From a virus: a stretch of DNA of 64,000 bases. Positions within the stretch are counted from its first letter, which is position 1; the number at the start of each line of letters is the position of its first letter. Positions 51,779 through 61,143 of this stretch are shown one piece after another. A model generated the notes under the pieces. The model ran no database searches and had not been told where the DNA came from. It saw only the letters and a list, made by a program, of their open reading frames with translations. The translations under genes and the position numbers were made by a program. Location of the stretch: positions 47,145-111,144 of the IMG/VR virus record IMGVR_UViG_3300042889_001061; one strand, 5' to 3'.

Positions 51779-52627
51779 ATGAAAATCAAAGTAGTATCAG
51801 ATTTGCATCTAGAGTTTTCAGATGTAGATATTCCCAACGATGAGAACTGTGATGTTCTTATTCTCAGCGGCGACATCATGACCGCCGAAGATCTGCATGA
51901 CCATCCAGAAACAAGTTATGGTATGTACAGTAATGTCAACTTAGATAACCTAGGTCGCAGACAAAAAGTGGCACAACGATTCCGTGACTTCCTCAAACGT
52001 TGCAGTTTTCAATTCCCCCATGTAGTCTATGTTGCAGGTAATCATGAATTCTATCACGGACGATGGAATGCCAGCATTGATCATCTACGCGAAGAATGTG
52101 CCAAGTTCAACAATGTATATTTCCTAGAACGAGATATGAAAGTCATCGATGATGTAGTATTTGTCGGAGGTACCCTTTGGACAGATATGAACAAGCACGA
52201 TCCGTTGACTCTTCATGCCGTACGTGATATGATGAATGACTTTAGAGTTATTAAAAAAGATAAAGAAGGCTTTACTAATTTAAAACCAGCGGACACTGCT
52301 TTTCGTCATAAGCAGACTTTGGATTATATTAAACAGATTGTCACAGAACATAAAGATAAGAAGTGCGTGGTAGTCGGACATCATAGCCCCAGCCAGTTAA
52401 GCACTCACGAGATGTATAAAAATGAAACCATTATGAATGGTGCTTATCATAGTAGATTGGAAGAGTTTATATTAGATCATCCACAGATTGTAGTGTGGAC
52501 ACATGGACATACTCATTATTGCTTTGATTATGTTATAGGTGAGACTCGTGTTTTTTGTAATCCCCGAGGATATGAAGGACACGAGCCAGATAGTGGTTGG
52601 GACAAAACTAAGTTTATTAACATTTAA
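51779..52627 (+). CDS. Calcineurin-like metallophosphoesterase
   Basis: SDLHLE, GDI, GNHEFY, HHSP, HGHTH, CNPRGY. Confidence 0.9.
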   Translation: MKIKVVSDLHLEFSDVDIPNDENCDVLILSGDIMTAEDLHDHPETSYGMYSNVNLDNLGRRQKVAQRFRDFLKRCSFQFPHVVYVAGNHEFYHGRWNASIDHLREECAKFNNVYFLERDMKVIDDVVFVGGTLWTDMNKHDPLTLHAVRDMMNDFRVIKKDKEGFTNLKPADTAFRHKQTLDYIKQIVTEHKDKKCVVVGHHSPSQLSTHEMYKNETIMNGAYHSRLEEFILDHPQIVVWTHGHTHYCFDYVIGETRVFCNPRGYEGHEPDSGWDKTKFINI

Positions 52628-52635
52628 GGACTAAT

Positions 52636-53151
52636 ATGATTACGTTAAAAGAATGGATGGAAGTTGTTAATTATCGCATCACAGAGGGCAGTAACTTTAT
52701 GTGGGACTGTTATGGTCCTGATAGTTATAGCCTAGACAGTTGGAGTGGTGAACAAGACGGAAATAGTTTCACAGTCATCTTTGATACAAAGACACAAGTT
52801 GTCTACGAAGTTCAAAGTCATGATTATAGAAATCAGCGAGCATACCGTTTGGTTAATCCTGATTTCAAATCTGAACGGGATATTGAAAGCACCGACCGAA
52901 ATGTCTCATTGAATGAAGCATGGGATGAAGTCAACTATGTTGATTTGGAATCCGATGATGATTGGTTCCAAAAAGCATTGGCCATTGTAGCTGGAGAAGA
53001 ATATGACACTCGTGTTAGTATTCCTTTGGACTTGGAAGACGACCTAGTCTTTACTTTGATGAAAATGGCTCACGCACGTGATTTAACATTCAACGAATTT
53101 GTGGAAGAAATTCTACTCGAGCAGTTGACCAAACTGGGTGCTAAACTTTAA
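52636..53151 (+). CDS. Hypothetical protein
   Basis: AAGGA RBS; possible C-terminal ribbon-helix-helix segment. Confidence 0.6.
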   Translation: MITLKEWMEVVNYRITEGSNFMWDCYGPDSYSLDSWSGEQDGNSFTVIFDTKTQVVYEVQSHDYRNQRAYRLVNPDFKSERDIESTDRNVSLNEAWDEVNYVDLESDDDWFQKALAIVAGEEYDTRVSIPLDLEDDLVFTLMKMAHARDLTFNEFVEEILLEQLTKLGAKL

Positions 53152-53186
53152 TTGACATGAATTGATTTTGGTGTTATACTTTACAT

Positions 53187-53546
53187 ATGAAAGTTAAAGT
53201 ACAAAATCCGCAGTTTAATCGTCCTGGCATTTGGATGTTTGACCAACCCGAATTCTTCGAATACGAAGGCGATGAGGTACAGGTCAAATGGCTAAATCCT
53301 GGACAGATTGCACTAAGCACAGGCAATCCAGAATTTCCGTTTAGGGTATTAAATAGGTCAACTATTGTTTCTATAAATAACCAAACAATAGAACAAAAAG
53401 AATCCGCGGTTAAAACTTTTACTGTCAAAGGCAGTAAAGGAGATACTTATACAGTAACAGTTAATTCTGGTGCAAGTCATTGCACTTGCAGTGGATTTCA
53501 ATTTAGAAAATCTTGTAAACATGTAAAGGAAGTTGATTATGCGTAA
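53187..53546 (+). CDS. SWIM zinc-finger protein
   Basis: GSKGDTYTV...CTCSGFQFRKSCKH. Confidence 0.8.
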   Translation: MKVKVQNPQFNRPGIWMFDQPEFFEYEGDEVQVKWLNPGQIALSTGNPEFPFRVLNRSTIVSINNQTIEQKESAVKTFTVKGSKGDTYTVTVNSGASHCTCSGFQFRKSCKHVKEVDYA

Positions 53547-53895
53547 AATAGTATATAGTACTTTAGTACTAATTGCTCTTTCCGGATGTGCTACTCACCA
53601 GCAAAGTAATGAATTGACTGGTGCAGTTGTCGGTGGAGTAATTGGTCGACAGCTTGGTGGCACTGGCGGTGCCATTCTTGGCGCCGGTGTAGGAACAATA
53701 ATTGGCGGTCAACAACCAACTCAACGTGGTCAAAATGTATATATAGAACGACAAGTCATTGTACCAAATCGCAGTTATCAATGCCAGCAGTATGCCGACC
53801 GTGAACGTAATTGTTGGAACCTGCAATATCGAGATACTCGTGCCATGTGCATAGAAGATGCTCGCCAGCACTATCAAAGTTGCATGTATCGTTAA
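53539..53895 (+). CDS. Glycine-zipper 2TM lipoprotein
   Basis: LSGC lipobox; GAVVGGVIG...GAILGAGVG. Confidence 0.75.
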   Translation: MRKIVYSTLVLIALSGCATHQQSNELTGAVVGGVIGRQLGGTGGAILGAGVGTIIGGQQPTQRGQNVYIERQVIVPNRSYQCQQYADRERNCWNLQYRDTRAMCIEDARQHYQSCMYR

Positions 53896-53951
53896 TTGAC
53901 ATAAATTGATTTTGGTGTTATAATAGTTGTATTGTAACAAAAGAGGTGCGT

Positions 53952-54623
53952 ATGGCTTATTCAACTAGCAAAAAAGTTACCTTCCCCATTGGCCTTGCAT
54001 GGTCGGCGATCTCTGCCGCTGATCGTATCAACGAAGGCAAATACATCAATCAAAATACATACCCTTACTTAGAAGGTACAAAGTTCAGCAAGGACATTGC
54101 TTTTAGCATCTGCGAAAATCCCGGTGCCCTTACTGATGAAGACAAAGCAATGGGTGAAACACTTGCCAAGCATTTTTCAGGCCTACTGTTTAAAACTTTG
54201 TCAGGTCCGATTAACAACGGCTTTATGGCCACCATTGCAAATATTGTTGCCATGGAGTCAGTGGGCAAATACGAAATCGCTTGTATGTCTTGTTTAGTAC
54301 AGACATATCGTAAAGATTTAGAGCGTGAAGTCAAGCAAGAAAAAAAGCAGGCATTTATGGCCACTTCAACGTTTATTGGTACAGAAGCCAGTAAGCATGA
54401 ACTCGACATAGAAATTATTGATGCCTTTTATAGCAAAAACTATAACATCTTTATCAATACTGCCACTGATGGAGTAAATATATTTAAGTTCTCCACAGCA
54501 CATGGTGCTACCATTTTTCCTTTAAATGAAAAGATTCGTGTTAAAGGAAGTGTAAAGCGTCATGACATTGACAAATACACTGGTGTCAAGGAAACTTGGT
54601 TAACTCGTGTCAAAAGGATCTAA
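53952..54623 (+). CDS. Hypothetical protein with probable C-terminal OB fold
   Basis: VKGSVKRH...KETWLTRVK; promoter 53894. Confidence 0.6.
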   Translation: MAYSTSKKVTFPIGLAWSAISAADRINEGKYINQNTYPYLEGTKFSKDIAFSICENPGALTDEDKAMGETLAKHFSGLLFKTLSGPINNGFMATIANIVAMESVGKYEIACMSCLVQTYRKDLEREVKQEKKQAFMATSTFIGTEASKHELDIEIIDAFYSKNYNIFINTATDGVNIFKFSTAHGATIFPLNEKIRVKGSVKRHDIDKYTGVKETWLTRVKRI

Positions 54624-54936
54624 AATGGAAGTCAGCAGAATATCACAACAATCAATTGAGATATACAATCGTAATTTGTTCAAGCAAGCAGACATTCGTC
54701 ATGCAGAGCGAGTTCTCGAAGAGCGTAGAGCTAAAGAAAATTCAACCATTGCAGAACAAAAACGCATTGAAATGAATTGTCGTATGAATCGAGCCGGACA
54801 AAATGTGGATAAAATGGCATGATCAAACTTATTACAAATCGGGAGGGCAGTATCAACTATCCGTGGGAACCAGGTCTGCTAGAATGGTTACACGAAAATT
54901 ACCCCTACAGTGGTTACTATATCAGAGAGATTGAAT

Positions 54937-55524
54937 ATGCCTAACTGGAATTCGAATATTTTAACTCTTGTACACGAAGATCGTAAGATGATCAGTCGTG
55001 CAGTCAAAGCCGCGCAAAAAGATGCTTTGCTTAATGAATTTGTTCCTTGTCCGCAGGCATTATTAGATACCACAGAAGGTTCGTTTGGTGATAAACTTGA
55101 ACAAGAAAGACTGAATGCTCTTAGAGAAAACAATCGTAAGACGTATGGTTATTCGAGTTGGTATGACTTTGCCATCGGCGAATGGGGTTGTAAGTGGGAC
55201 ATTAGTAATGGCGGAGATGATTATAAAATTAAAAAAGTCGATGCTGGTTATGCTGTTACTTTGAGCTTTGATACAGCATGGAGTCCTCCTATTAACTTTT
55301 ATGATAAGTTAATAGAACTTGAATTCGAAGTTGATGCAATGTATTATGAACCCGGTGTTAATTTCTGCGGACAATACTTTGATGGCAGTGAAGAAAACTA
55401 CGACCTATCCAGCTTGACCAGCGAACAAGTTAAAGAACAAGTGCCGGAAGAACTTGACGACACCTTTGGTATCAGCGAACAAATGGCTGAATATGAAGCC
55501 GAACAAGAGGAAGAAAATGAGTAA
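54937..55524 (+). CDS. Api92/DUF1281-like ferredoxin-fold protein
   Basis: MPNW, WYDF...WGCKWD, FDTAWSPP, YYEPG..FCG. Confidence 0.75.
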   Translation: MPNWNSNILTLVHEDRKMISRAVKAAQKDALLNEFVPCPQALLDTTEGSFGDKLEQERLNALRENNRKTYGYSSWYDFAIGEWGCKWDISNGGDDYKIKKVDAGYAVTLSFDTAWSPPINFYDKLIELEFEVDAMYYEPGVNFCGQYFDGSEENYDLSSLTSEQVKEQVPEELDDTFGISEQMAEYEAEQEEENE

Positions 55525-55926
55525 AAAAGTAGAACTAGATTCGGATGTTGTGGATCGACTGGCATTGATTAGTTTATATGATCATCGCAATTATCTCATC
55601 GACTCTTTAGAAGGCGGCGTGGATTTTTTGCACCCAGACGATCAACAACGAAATGCAAGATTGATTGGTGCATTCACTGAAGTTATTAATTACTATGGTG
55701 GCAAATAAATGATTGATAAAGAACTAACTTTAACTTGCATTGACAACGGAAAGAAAGTACAATGTCATGTATTAGCTTTTAAAGAACATGCATTCATGGA
55801 TGTGGCAGTTAATACAGTTCGTATTAAATTGACTTACAATATGGGCACGTATGCTGGTAGCTTGGGCGGCTACGAGTTTAGCATTAAAGAAAATCAACTG
55901 CCACAAACAGGCAAGGAGTATCGACG

Positions 55927-57126
55927 ATGAACGAACGAATTCGAGAACTACTGAAACAGGCTGGCTGGGGTCAGGGCAAAACATACGATGATTGTATGCG
56001 GTGCAGTCCATTTGATCCTGAAAAGTTCGCCGAACTGATTGTGGCTGAATGTTTGGCTCAGGTTGCCCGGGTGGATGACATGTTGGAAGATGAGCCTGCA
56101 CAACATGCGGCAGTGGCCTGGGTGGCCTCGTCGATTGCCGACCATTTTGGAGTTGCAAAACCACAGTCAGACTGGGATCAAGAAGCAGCCGCATTTATTG
56201 CCGCAGAGGATAAAAAGGTTGCCAGCAGATACGGATATGTCCCAAAACTTCATCCCTCAGAATGGAAAGACTAAATGAACACACGAATTAAAGAGTTGGC
56301 TGAACAATGCTGGGACAAGCGTCCAGAAGGCCAACTACATTTTGACAATGAAAAGTTCGCCGAGTTGATTGTGCTGGAATGTTCCAGCATTTGCTACAGG
56401 GGATTAGAAAATGGTGATGAGGCTGCTAGCCTTTTGATGAACACATTCGGAGTTGAAGAATGAACGAACATGATAGCAAACTACTTAATAGTTATTTCTT
56501 TGTCAATGGTGTAATCGCTGTAATTATAGTTATTGGTGCGGCACTAGCAATGTTGATAATCACAGCGTATACCCTTTGGAATATGACATGAACGAACGAA
56601 TTAAAGAACTTGCCGAACAGGCTACTGAATATGCCAATGAACAAAATGAATTACATGGCGTAGGTTATGTAATAACATTCAAGGAAAAGTTCGCCGAGTT
56701 GATTGTGCGGGAATGTGTTGCTATTGCTAATAGACAGTTTAGTGCGGCAACAGGATTAGATGACCGTGACTGTTTGACTGCTCAGCAGATGAAACAACAT
56801 TTCGGAGTTGAAGAATGAAAGTCAGTGAATTAAAATCTATTCTTGAACGAGAAGATGACAATCTAGACGTAATGATCTTGATTGATCTACCCTATGCAAC
56901 TGTGGGCAGTCGTCCAATGGTGGGAATTGAATCTGTGTACGGCGGGTTCGATTGGGAAGCTGGTCGGTTAATGTTCAAACCAACAGAAAGTCTAACTCCT
57001 GCAGACCGAGACTTTGCAAAACAAATGAAAGACATGCAGGAACGAGCCGGTTGGGCAGATTATGAAAATCGCAATCTCAAAGCAGAGATTCGTAAGTTGA
57101 AAAAACAGCTGAAGGTTGAAGAATGA
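55927..57126 (+). repeat. Array 2 of MNERI/HFGVEE paralogs (55927, 56275, 56588) and junction-bearing genes
   Basis: Same protein ends and GGAGTTGAAGAATGA junctions. Confidence 0.85.
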
Positions 57127-57521
57127 AAATCGGAACAAGTCTCGGTAAGTGTGTACGCAGTATCCTTGCTGGAGAAGTCAAAGAAGAAGATGTATTGTTT
57201 ATTGTAACCAATACTAATTGCCCAACGATAGAAACATTAATGGGCGTCATTGAACAATACTACTATGAATATCAGGGTAGTGGTAGAAGAGCTGCCTATG
57301 ATATGAGCGCCTATAGTTTGGCCGATGCCTGTGCTGTTGCTCAACGTTTGTTTGAAAGCGGCAAGCTACATCAGCCTAGAGCAGTTGTCAAGGGCATGTA
57401 TAGCAATGCTCATGCCTTGCAAGATACTTGGTATGACATTGTGCCCAGCCCTGTGTCAGACAATGAAAGTGTGCAGTCAGCGTGGAATCACTACACAATG
57501 ATTAAAAATCTTGTGGCATGA
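57123..57521 (+). CDS. Hypothetical phage protein
   Basis: IGTSLGKCVRSIL.GEV...GKLHQPR. Confidence 0.65.
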   Translation: MKIGTSLGKCVRSILAGEVKEEDVLFIVTNTNCPTIETLMGVIEQYYYEYQGSGRRAAYDMSAYSLADACAVAQRLFESGKLHQPRAVVKGMYSNAHALQDTWYDIVPSPVSDNESVQSAWNHYTMIKNLVA

Positions 57522-57589
57522 AGATGTTGACAACAATGTTGAATGATGTTATAATCAATACATAAATAAAAGTAGTATATAATTATTTA

Positions 57590-57667
57590 GGGACTTTAGC
57601 TCATGTTGGTTAGAGCAGTGGACTCATAATCCATTGGTGCTGTGTTCGACTCACAGAAGTCCCACCA
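57590..57667 (+). tRNA. tRNA with CAT anticodon (Ile2 or elongator Met)
   Basis: GTGGA-CTCATAA-TCCAT; GGGACTT/AAGTCCC; CCA. Confidence 0.9.
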
Positions 57668-57673
57668 GAATTT

Positions 57674-57759
57674 GCGAGTATGGAGAAATTGGTAGACTCA
57701 AGAGACTTAAAATCTCTCGCTGTAATGGCATCCCGGTTCGACCCCGGGTACTCGCACCA
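57674..57759 (+). tRNA. tRNA-Leu(TAA)
   Basis: AGAGA-CTTAAAA-TCTCT, variable arm, A73, CCA. Confidence 0.95.
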
Positions 57760-57766
57760 TAGACAA

Positions 57767-57841
57767 CCGGCCTTAGTATAATGGATAATACAGCGGTCTT
57801 CTACACCGTGAATATGGGTTCGATTCCTGTAGGCCGGACCA
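57767..57841 (+). tRNA. tRNA-Arg(TCT)
   Basis: GCGGT-CTTCTAC-ACCGT; CCGGCCT/AGGCCGG; CCA. Confidence 0.92.
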
Positions 57842-57891
57842 AACAAAACTTGTATCATGCAGATTTTTAATTTTAATCGCTAAATATCAAC

Positions 57892-59307
57892 ATGACTATA
57901 AAAGGAAATAATTTTAGCAACGAGAGTTTTTGTCCAGAAGTATATAATCAGATTCAGATTGATATGCAAGGCGATTTAAGAGTTTGCTGTTTGTCTTCTG
58001 ACGGCGGCCTAGCTAGAGAGGCCAGCGGAACTCCAATGAATGTAAAAACGCATTCAATCATCACCGCAATGAACAGCGAAATACACAAACAACACAGGTT
58101 AGATTTAAGTAATAACATTAAACCTCAACGATGCAGTAATTGCTATAATTGGGAAAATCACAGCAATGATACGAGTCGTCGTAAAAAGTTTATCAGACTA
58201 TCTCAAAATAAACTTGACTATGTCAAAGCCAGTGAAGCATTTGATGTAACAAACGATGACGGCTCCGTCGATGTTGACACTACTAAGTTGATTAATTTAG
58301 ATATAAGATTTGGTAATCTGTGTAACCTCAAGTGCATTATGTGTGATCCAGGAAATAGTAGTCTGTGGTATGAAGACTGGGATCTGCTATCTAGAAAATT
58401 TTCAAAAACTGAAGCCAGTGGACGATCGGTTAAATTTCAATTGGGTGGAATAGATCCGATCACTGGAAATACTCAGTACTGGAAAGATAAAACTAAATTT
58501 TATTCTCTTGAAAAGAATCAGTTAGGCAAATTGAAATTGCAAAATGAAGAAAACTGGTGGGAAACTGAATCGTGGAAAAATCAGTTTAAAAAAATTGCGC
58601 CCCAGTTACAGCATATTTACTTTACAGGCGGAGAGCCCTTGCTGGTACCAGCAATGGAAGAACACTTAACTTATCTAATTGAAAACGATTTTGCTAAAAA
58701 TATTATGCTGTGTTACGACACAAACCTGACAGTTGTCAATTCAAACATAATTAACAAATGGAAATTTTTTAAAGAAGTTGACTTGAGGGTCAGCGTAGAC
58801 GACACCGGTGACCGCTATAATGTGGTTCGAAATCCTGGAAATTTTGACAAGTTATATGATAACATAACTCGAATTCAAGAAGCCAACATAAAAATTAAAT
58901 ACATAAGCATAGTTTGTCACTTGGCCAATGTTTATGGTGTAATTCGCGTTGCAAAGTTAGCAAAACAGATAGGTGCTTCAATGTCATTGAGATTTGTAAC
59001 TAGACCGGGATGGATGAATGTGTCGAATTTACCTAATTCTGCTAAAGAAGAAGTAATTTCAGTGCTTACTAAATTTTTAGAATCCGAAGAATGTGAATCT
59101 ATCCGAGGATATGAAAATTTCGTTCAACAACAAATAAAGCATTTTCGTGACAACCAAACAACATCTTCACCAAACACAGGATCAAATTTGGAAACTTTTG
59201 TGCAAGTAATGAATCTAATGGATCAGTCTAGAAATCTAAACTGGAAACATACATTGTCTGATATTGCAGAACTTTTAAAGAAACATGTGCCGGGATTGGA
59301 CATATAA
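57892..59307 (+). CDS. Radical SAM protein with twitch-like domain, paralog of 32666..34057
   Basis: NLCNLKCIMC, SSLWYEDW, FTGGEP, YDTNLTV. Confidence 0.9.
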   Translation: MTIKGNNFSNESFCPEVYNQIQIDMQGDLRVCCLSSDGGLAREASGTPMNVKTHSIITAMNSEIHKQHRLDLSNNIKPQRCSNCYNWENHSNDTSRRKKFIRLSQNKLDYVKASEAFDVTNDDGSVDVDTTKLINLDIRFGNLCNLKCIMCDPGNSSLWYEDWDLLSRKFSKTEASGRSVKFQLGGIDPITGNTQYWKDKTKFYSLEKNQLGKLKLQNEENWWETESWKNQFKKIAPQLQHIYFTGGEPLLVPAMEEHLTYLIENDFAKNIMLCYDTNLTVVNSNIINKWKFFKEVDLRVSVDDTGDRYNVVRNPGNFDKLYDNITRIQEANIKIKYISIVCHLANVYGVIRVAKLAKQIGASMSLRFVTRPGWMNVSNLPNSAKEEVISVLTKFLESEECESIRGYENFVQQQIKHFRDNQTTSSPNTGSNLETFVQVMNLMDQSRNLNWKHTLSDIAELLKKHVPGLDI

Positions 59308-59367
59308 AAGAAAAATATATTGACACAAAATTGTAAATACAGTACAATAGACACAAGTTAAACAAAA

Positions 59368-59443
59368 GCCCTTATAGCTCAGCTGGTAGAGCAACTGATT
59401 TGTAATCAGTAGGTCCGGTGTTCGAATCATCGTGGGGGCACCA
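59368..59443 (+). tRNA. tRNA-Thr(TGT)
   Basis: ACTGA-TTTGTAA-TCAGT; CCA. Confidence 0.95.
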
Positions 59444-59473
59444 AAATTAGTTTTTATGTTTACTCAAAAGTAG

Positions 59474-59502
59474 TTGACATAAAAGATAAATAAATGTATA
59501 AT
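59474..59502 (+). promoter_or_regulatory. Consensus sigma70 promoter
   Basis: TTGACA-17 bp-TATAAT. Confidence 0.88.
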
Positions 59503-59551
59503 ATACACATACGCTAAAGAAAGCGTCAAGAAAGAAATTTTAGGAAAAGAT

Positions 59552-59677
59552 ATGAAAACGATTTTGAATCATAAACATTTTAATATATCCAAGCAGATGG
59601 GCTTAGTGCCATCCATTTGGTTTATTAGCTATGATGATTCACAAGAACGTATCGGGGTCCTGGAGACCAAAGTGTAA
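59552..59677 (+). CDS. Putative attenuator leader peptide (41 aa)
   Basis: AGGAA RBS; MKTILNHKHFNISKQMGLVPSIWFISYDDSQERIGVLETKV*. Confidence 0.7.
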   Translation: MKTILNHKHFNISKQMGLVPSIWFISYDDSQERIGVLETKV

Positions 59678-59732
59678 TAAGATTACATTTTAACTTCCAA
59701 GGACCCTAGGCTTAAAAACCCTAGGGTTTTTT
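59654..59732 (+). promoter_or_regulatory. Mutually exclusive antiterminator/terminator
   Basis: GGGTCCTGGAG pairs with TTCCAAGGACCC; ACCCTAGG/CCTAGGGT plus T-run terminator shares ACCC. Confidence 0.78.
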
Positions 59733-59749
59733 GTTTGTGAAAAGGAATT

Positions 59750-59914
59750 ATGACAGACGTAGATATTAAGAAACAAAAAGAAGCTGAGTGGATTCGACAG
59801 CATACGTTAACTCGGGAAGAAACTAAACAGTTGATTCTTAACAAGTTTAAACGTGCTGAAGCTATGCAGTCAGCTTTGAGAAAGCGGGAGATGTTTGTCA
59901 GCAAGCATCGTTGA
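59750..59914 (+). CDS. Small basic helical protein (54 aa) directly after the attenuator
   Basis: AAGGAA RBS; MTDVDIKKQKEAEWIRQHTLTREE... Confidence 0.65.
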   Translation: MTDVDIKKQKEAEWIRQHTLTREETKQLILNKFKRAEAMQSALRKREMFVSKHR

Positions 59915-59924
59915 TCGCAGAGTG

Positions 59925-60036
59925 TGTAATAAGAGCAGAAATGCCCAGGAAACGAGGTCCTGACATCGCACTATAAACATTGATGTAAACGGGCGGCCTG
60001 TAGGATGGAACTCTTCTTCTAGAGCGAAAAATTACA
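59925..60036 (+). ncRNA. Candidate structured RNA A
   Basis: TGTAAT/ATTACA closing stem; GCCC/GGGC, CAGGA/TCCTG, ACATC/GATGT. Confidence 0.55.
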
Positions 60037-60038
60037 GC

Positions 60039-60166
60039 GTATTAAAGCATACTTTCAATCTGAATTGACAGATACAAACAACCAAGGGGATCCGCTGGAC
60101 TTGAGCCAGGTGCATTCTGAATTGACAGGAATAAGGTTGTAAGGGGAGCCGAGTATGCTTTAATAC
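60039..60166 (+). ncRNA. Candidate pseudo-symmetric structured RNA B
   Basis: 15-bp perfect IR GTATTAAAGCATACT/AGTATGCTTTAATAC enclosing two CTG-AATTGA-CAG hairpins and two AAGGGGA. Confidence 0.65.
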
Positions 60167-60191
60167 ACACATTCGCAAGAGTGTGTTTAAA

Positions 60192-60785
60192 TTATTCTTC
60201 GGGATATGTTACTGTAATATTAGTATAATCGGTTCTATAATGGTGACCGTGAAACTTATAATGCATGTGAGACCAGTTATATGGTTTTGTGGCATCAAAC
60301 GGCTTTCCTATAGATAATGTTATTGGAGCAATCAGTTGGCCTGAAGCTTCGTCAATTTGAATATACTTTTTTAAAGTATCCCACGCTGACATTGCATGAA
60401 TCTTGAAACTACAGCAGAAGCCAGTTAAATATCCTTGTTCAATTGCTAGCATGCCTAGTTTAGTTTGTAACCTGCCAATTTGCATCATTGAGTACATATC
60501 GTTATTTCTTTTTGGCGTACACAAGATTAATATGGGTGCTATTACCTGAGTATTAGTTTTCCATGCAAACTTAGGCAATTCATATTCGTGATTAGCACTT
60601 GAATGAATTAATTTTATCTCCGATTCGTTGGTAATAACAAAACTGTTTATATCTAACTTTTCATGAGAAATAAATTCATCGTGTGTGTGTTTTATTAAAT
60701 TCATAAATTCACCGTCAATCTGATTGTGAACATCAAATGATCGTTGACATTTTTTAAATGTATCCTGTTTAATAAAATTATACAT
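60192..60785 (-). CDS. Nitroreductase-like protein
   Basis: KCQRSFD, QVIAPILI, GMLAIEQGYLTGFC, LSIGKP. Confidence 0.65.
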   Translation of the reverse strand: MYNFIKQDTFKKCQRSFDVHNQIDGEFMNLIKHTHDEFISHEKLDINSFVITNESEIKLIHSSANHEYELPKFAWKTNTQVIAPILILCTPKRNNDMYSMMQIGRLQTKLGMLAIEQGYLTGFCCSFKIHAMSAWDTLKKYIQIDEASGQLIAPITLSIGKPFDATKPYNWSHMHYKFHGHHYRTDYTNITVTYPEE

Positions 60786-61107
60786 TGATTATGAACCTCG
60801 CATTAATTTCATCGTCGACGACAAAGATTTCTTTAGAATAATTAAGTTTTTTATCAGTTAAGTAGTACTCTATAGAACCTATTGCAATGCCAGTGGCGTG
60901 CCATTTTTCTATTAATTTTTGATAGTCTTCTTGATAGTTAAGGAATGGATTTACCACTCGATCTCCAAAAAAATCTAAAGTAGATGATATCTCTACTTTA
61001 ATTGTAGAATTTGATATTGGAGATATGTTAGCACGAAAATATGTTTTTAAAAAACGAGCAGGGCTCCTTTTAAATATTTCGTTAAGTTCGGTTAATATCT
61101 CATTCAT
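60778..61107 (-). CDS. Hypothetical protein
   Basis: Start moved to MNEILTEL, outside the tRNA. Confidence 0.55.
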   Translation of the reverse strand: MNEILTELNEIFKRSPARFLKTYFRANISPISNSTIKVEISSTLDFFGDRVVNPFLNYQEDYQKLIEKWHATGIAIGSIEYYLTDKKLNYSKEIFVVDDEINARFIINV

Positions 61108-61143
61108 ATAAATTATCAGTGTAAAGTATTTATGTTTTAATTC

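Larger units (their letters stand above)
32312..53924 (+). repeat. Dispersed conserved promoter repeat, 13 copies
   Basis: AATTGAC-nn-AAATTGGTTTTGGTGT-TATAAT-like at 32312, 34330, 44156, 44413, 44764, 45788, 46065, 46383, 46943, 47452, 48248, 53150, 53894. Confidence 0.9.

Noticed and set aside
34330-57126. Repeats read as a CRISPR array
   Set aside because: Spacing is gene-sized and irregular, the repeats are promoters or coding junctions, and no cas genes are present.
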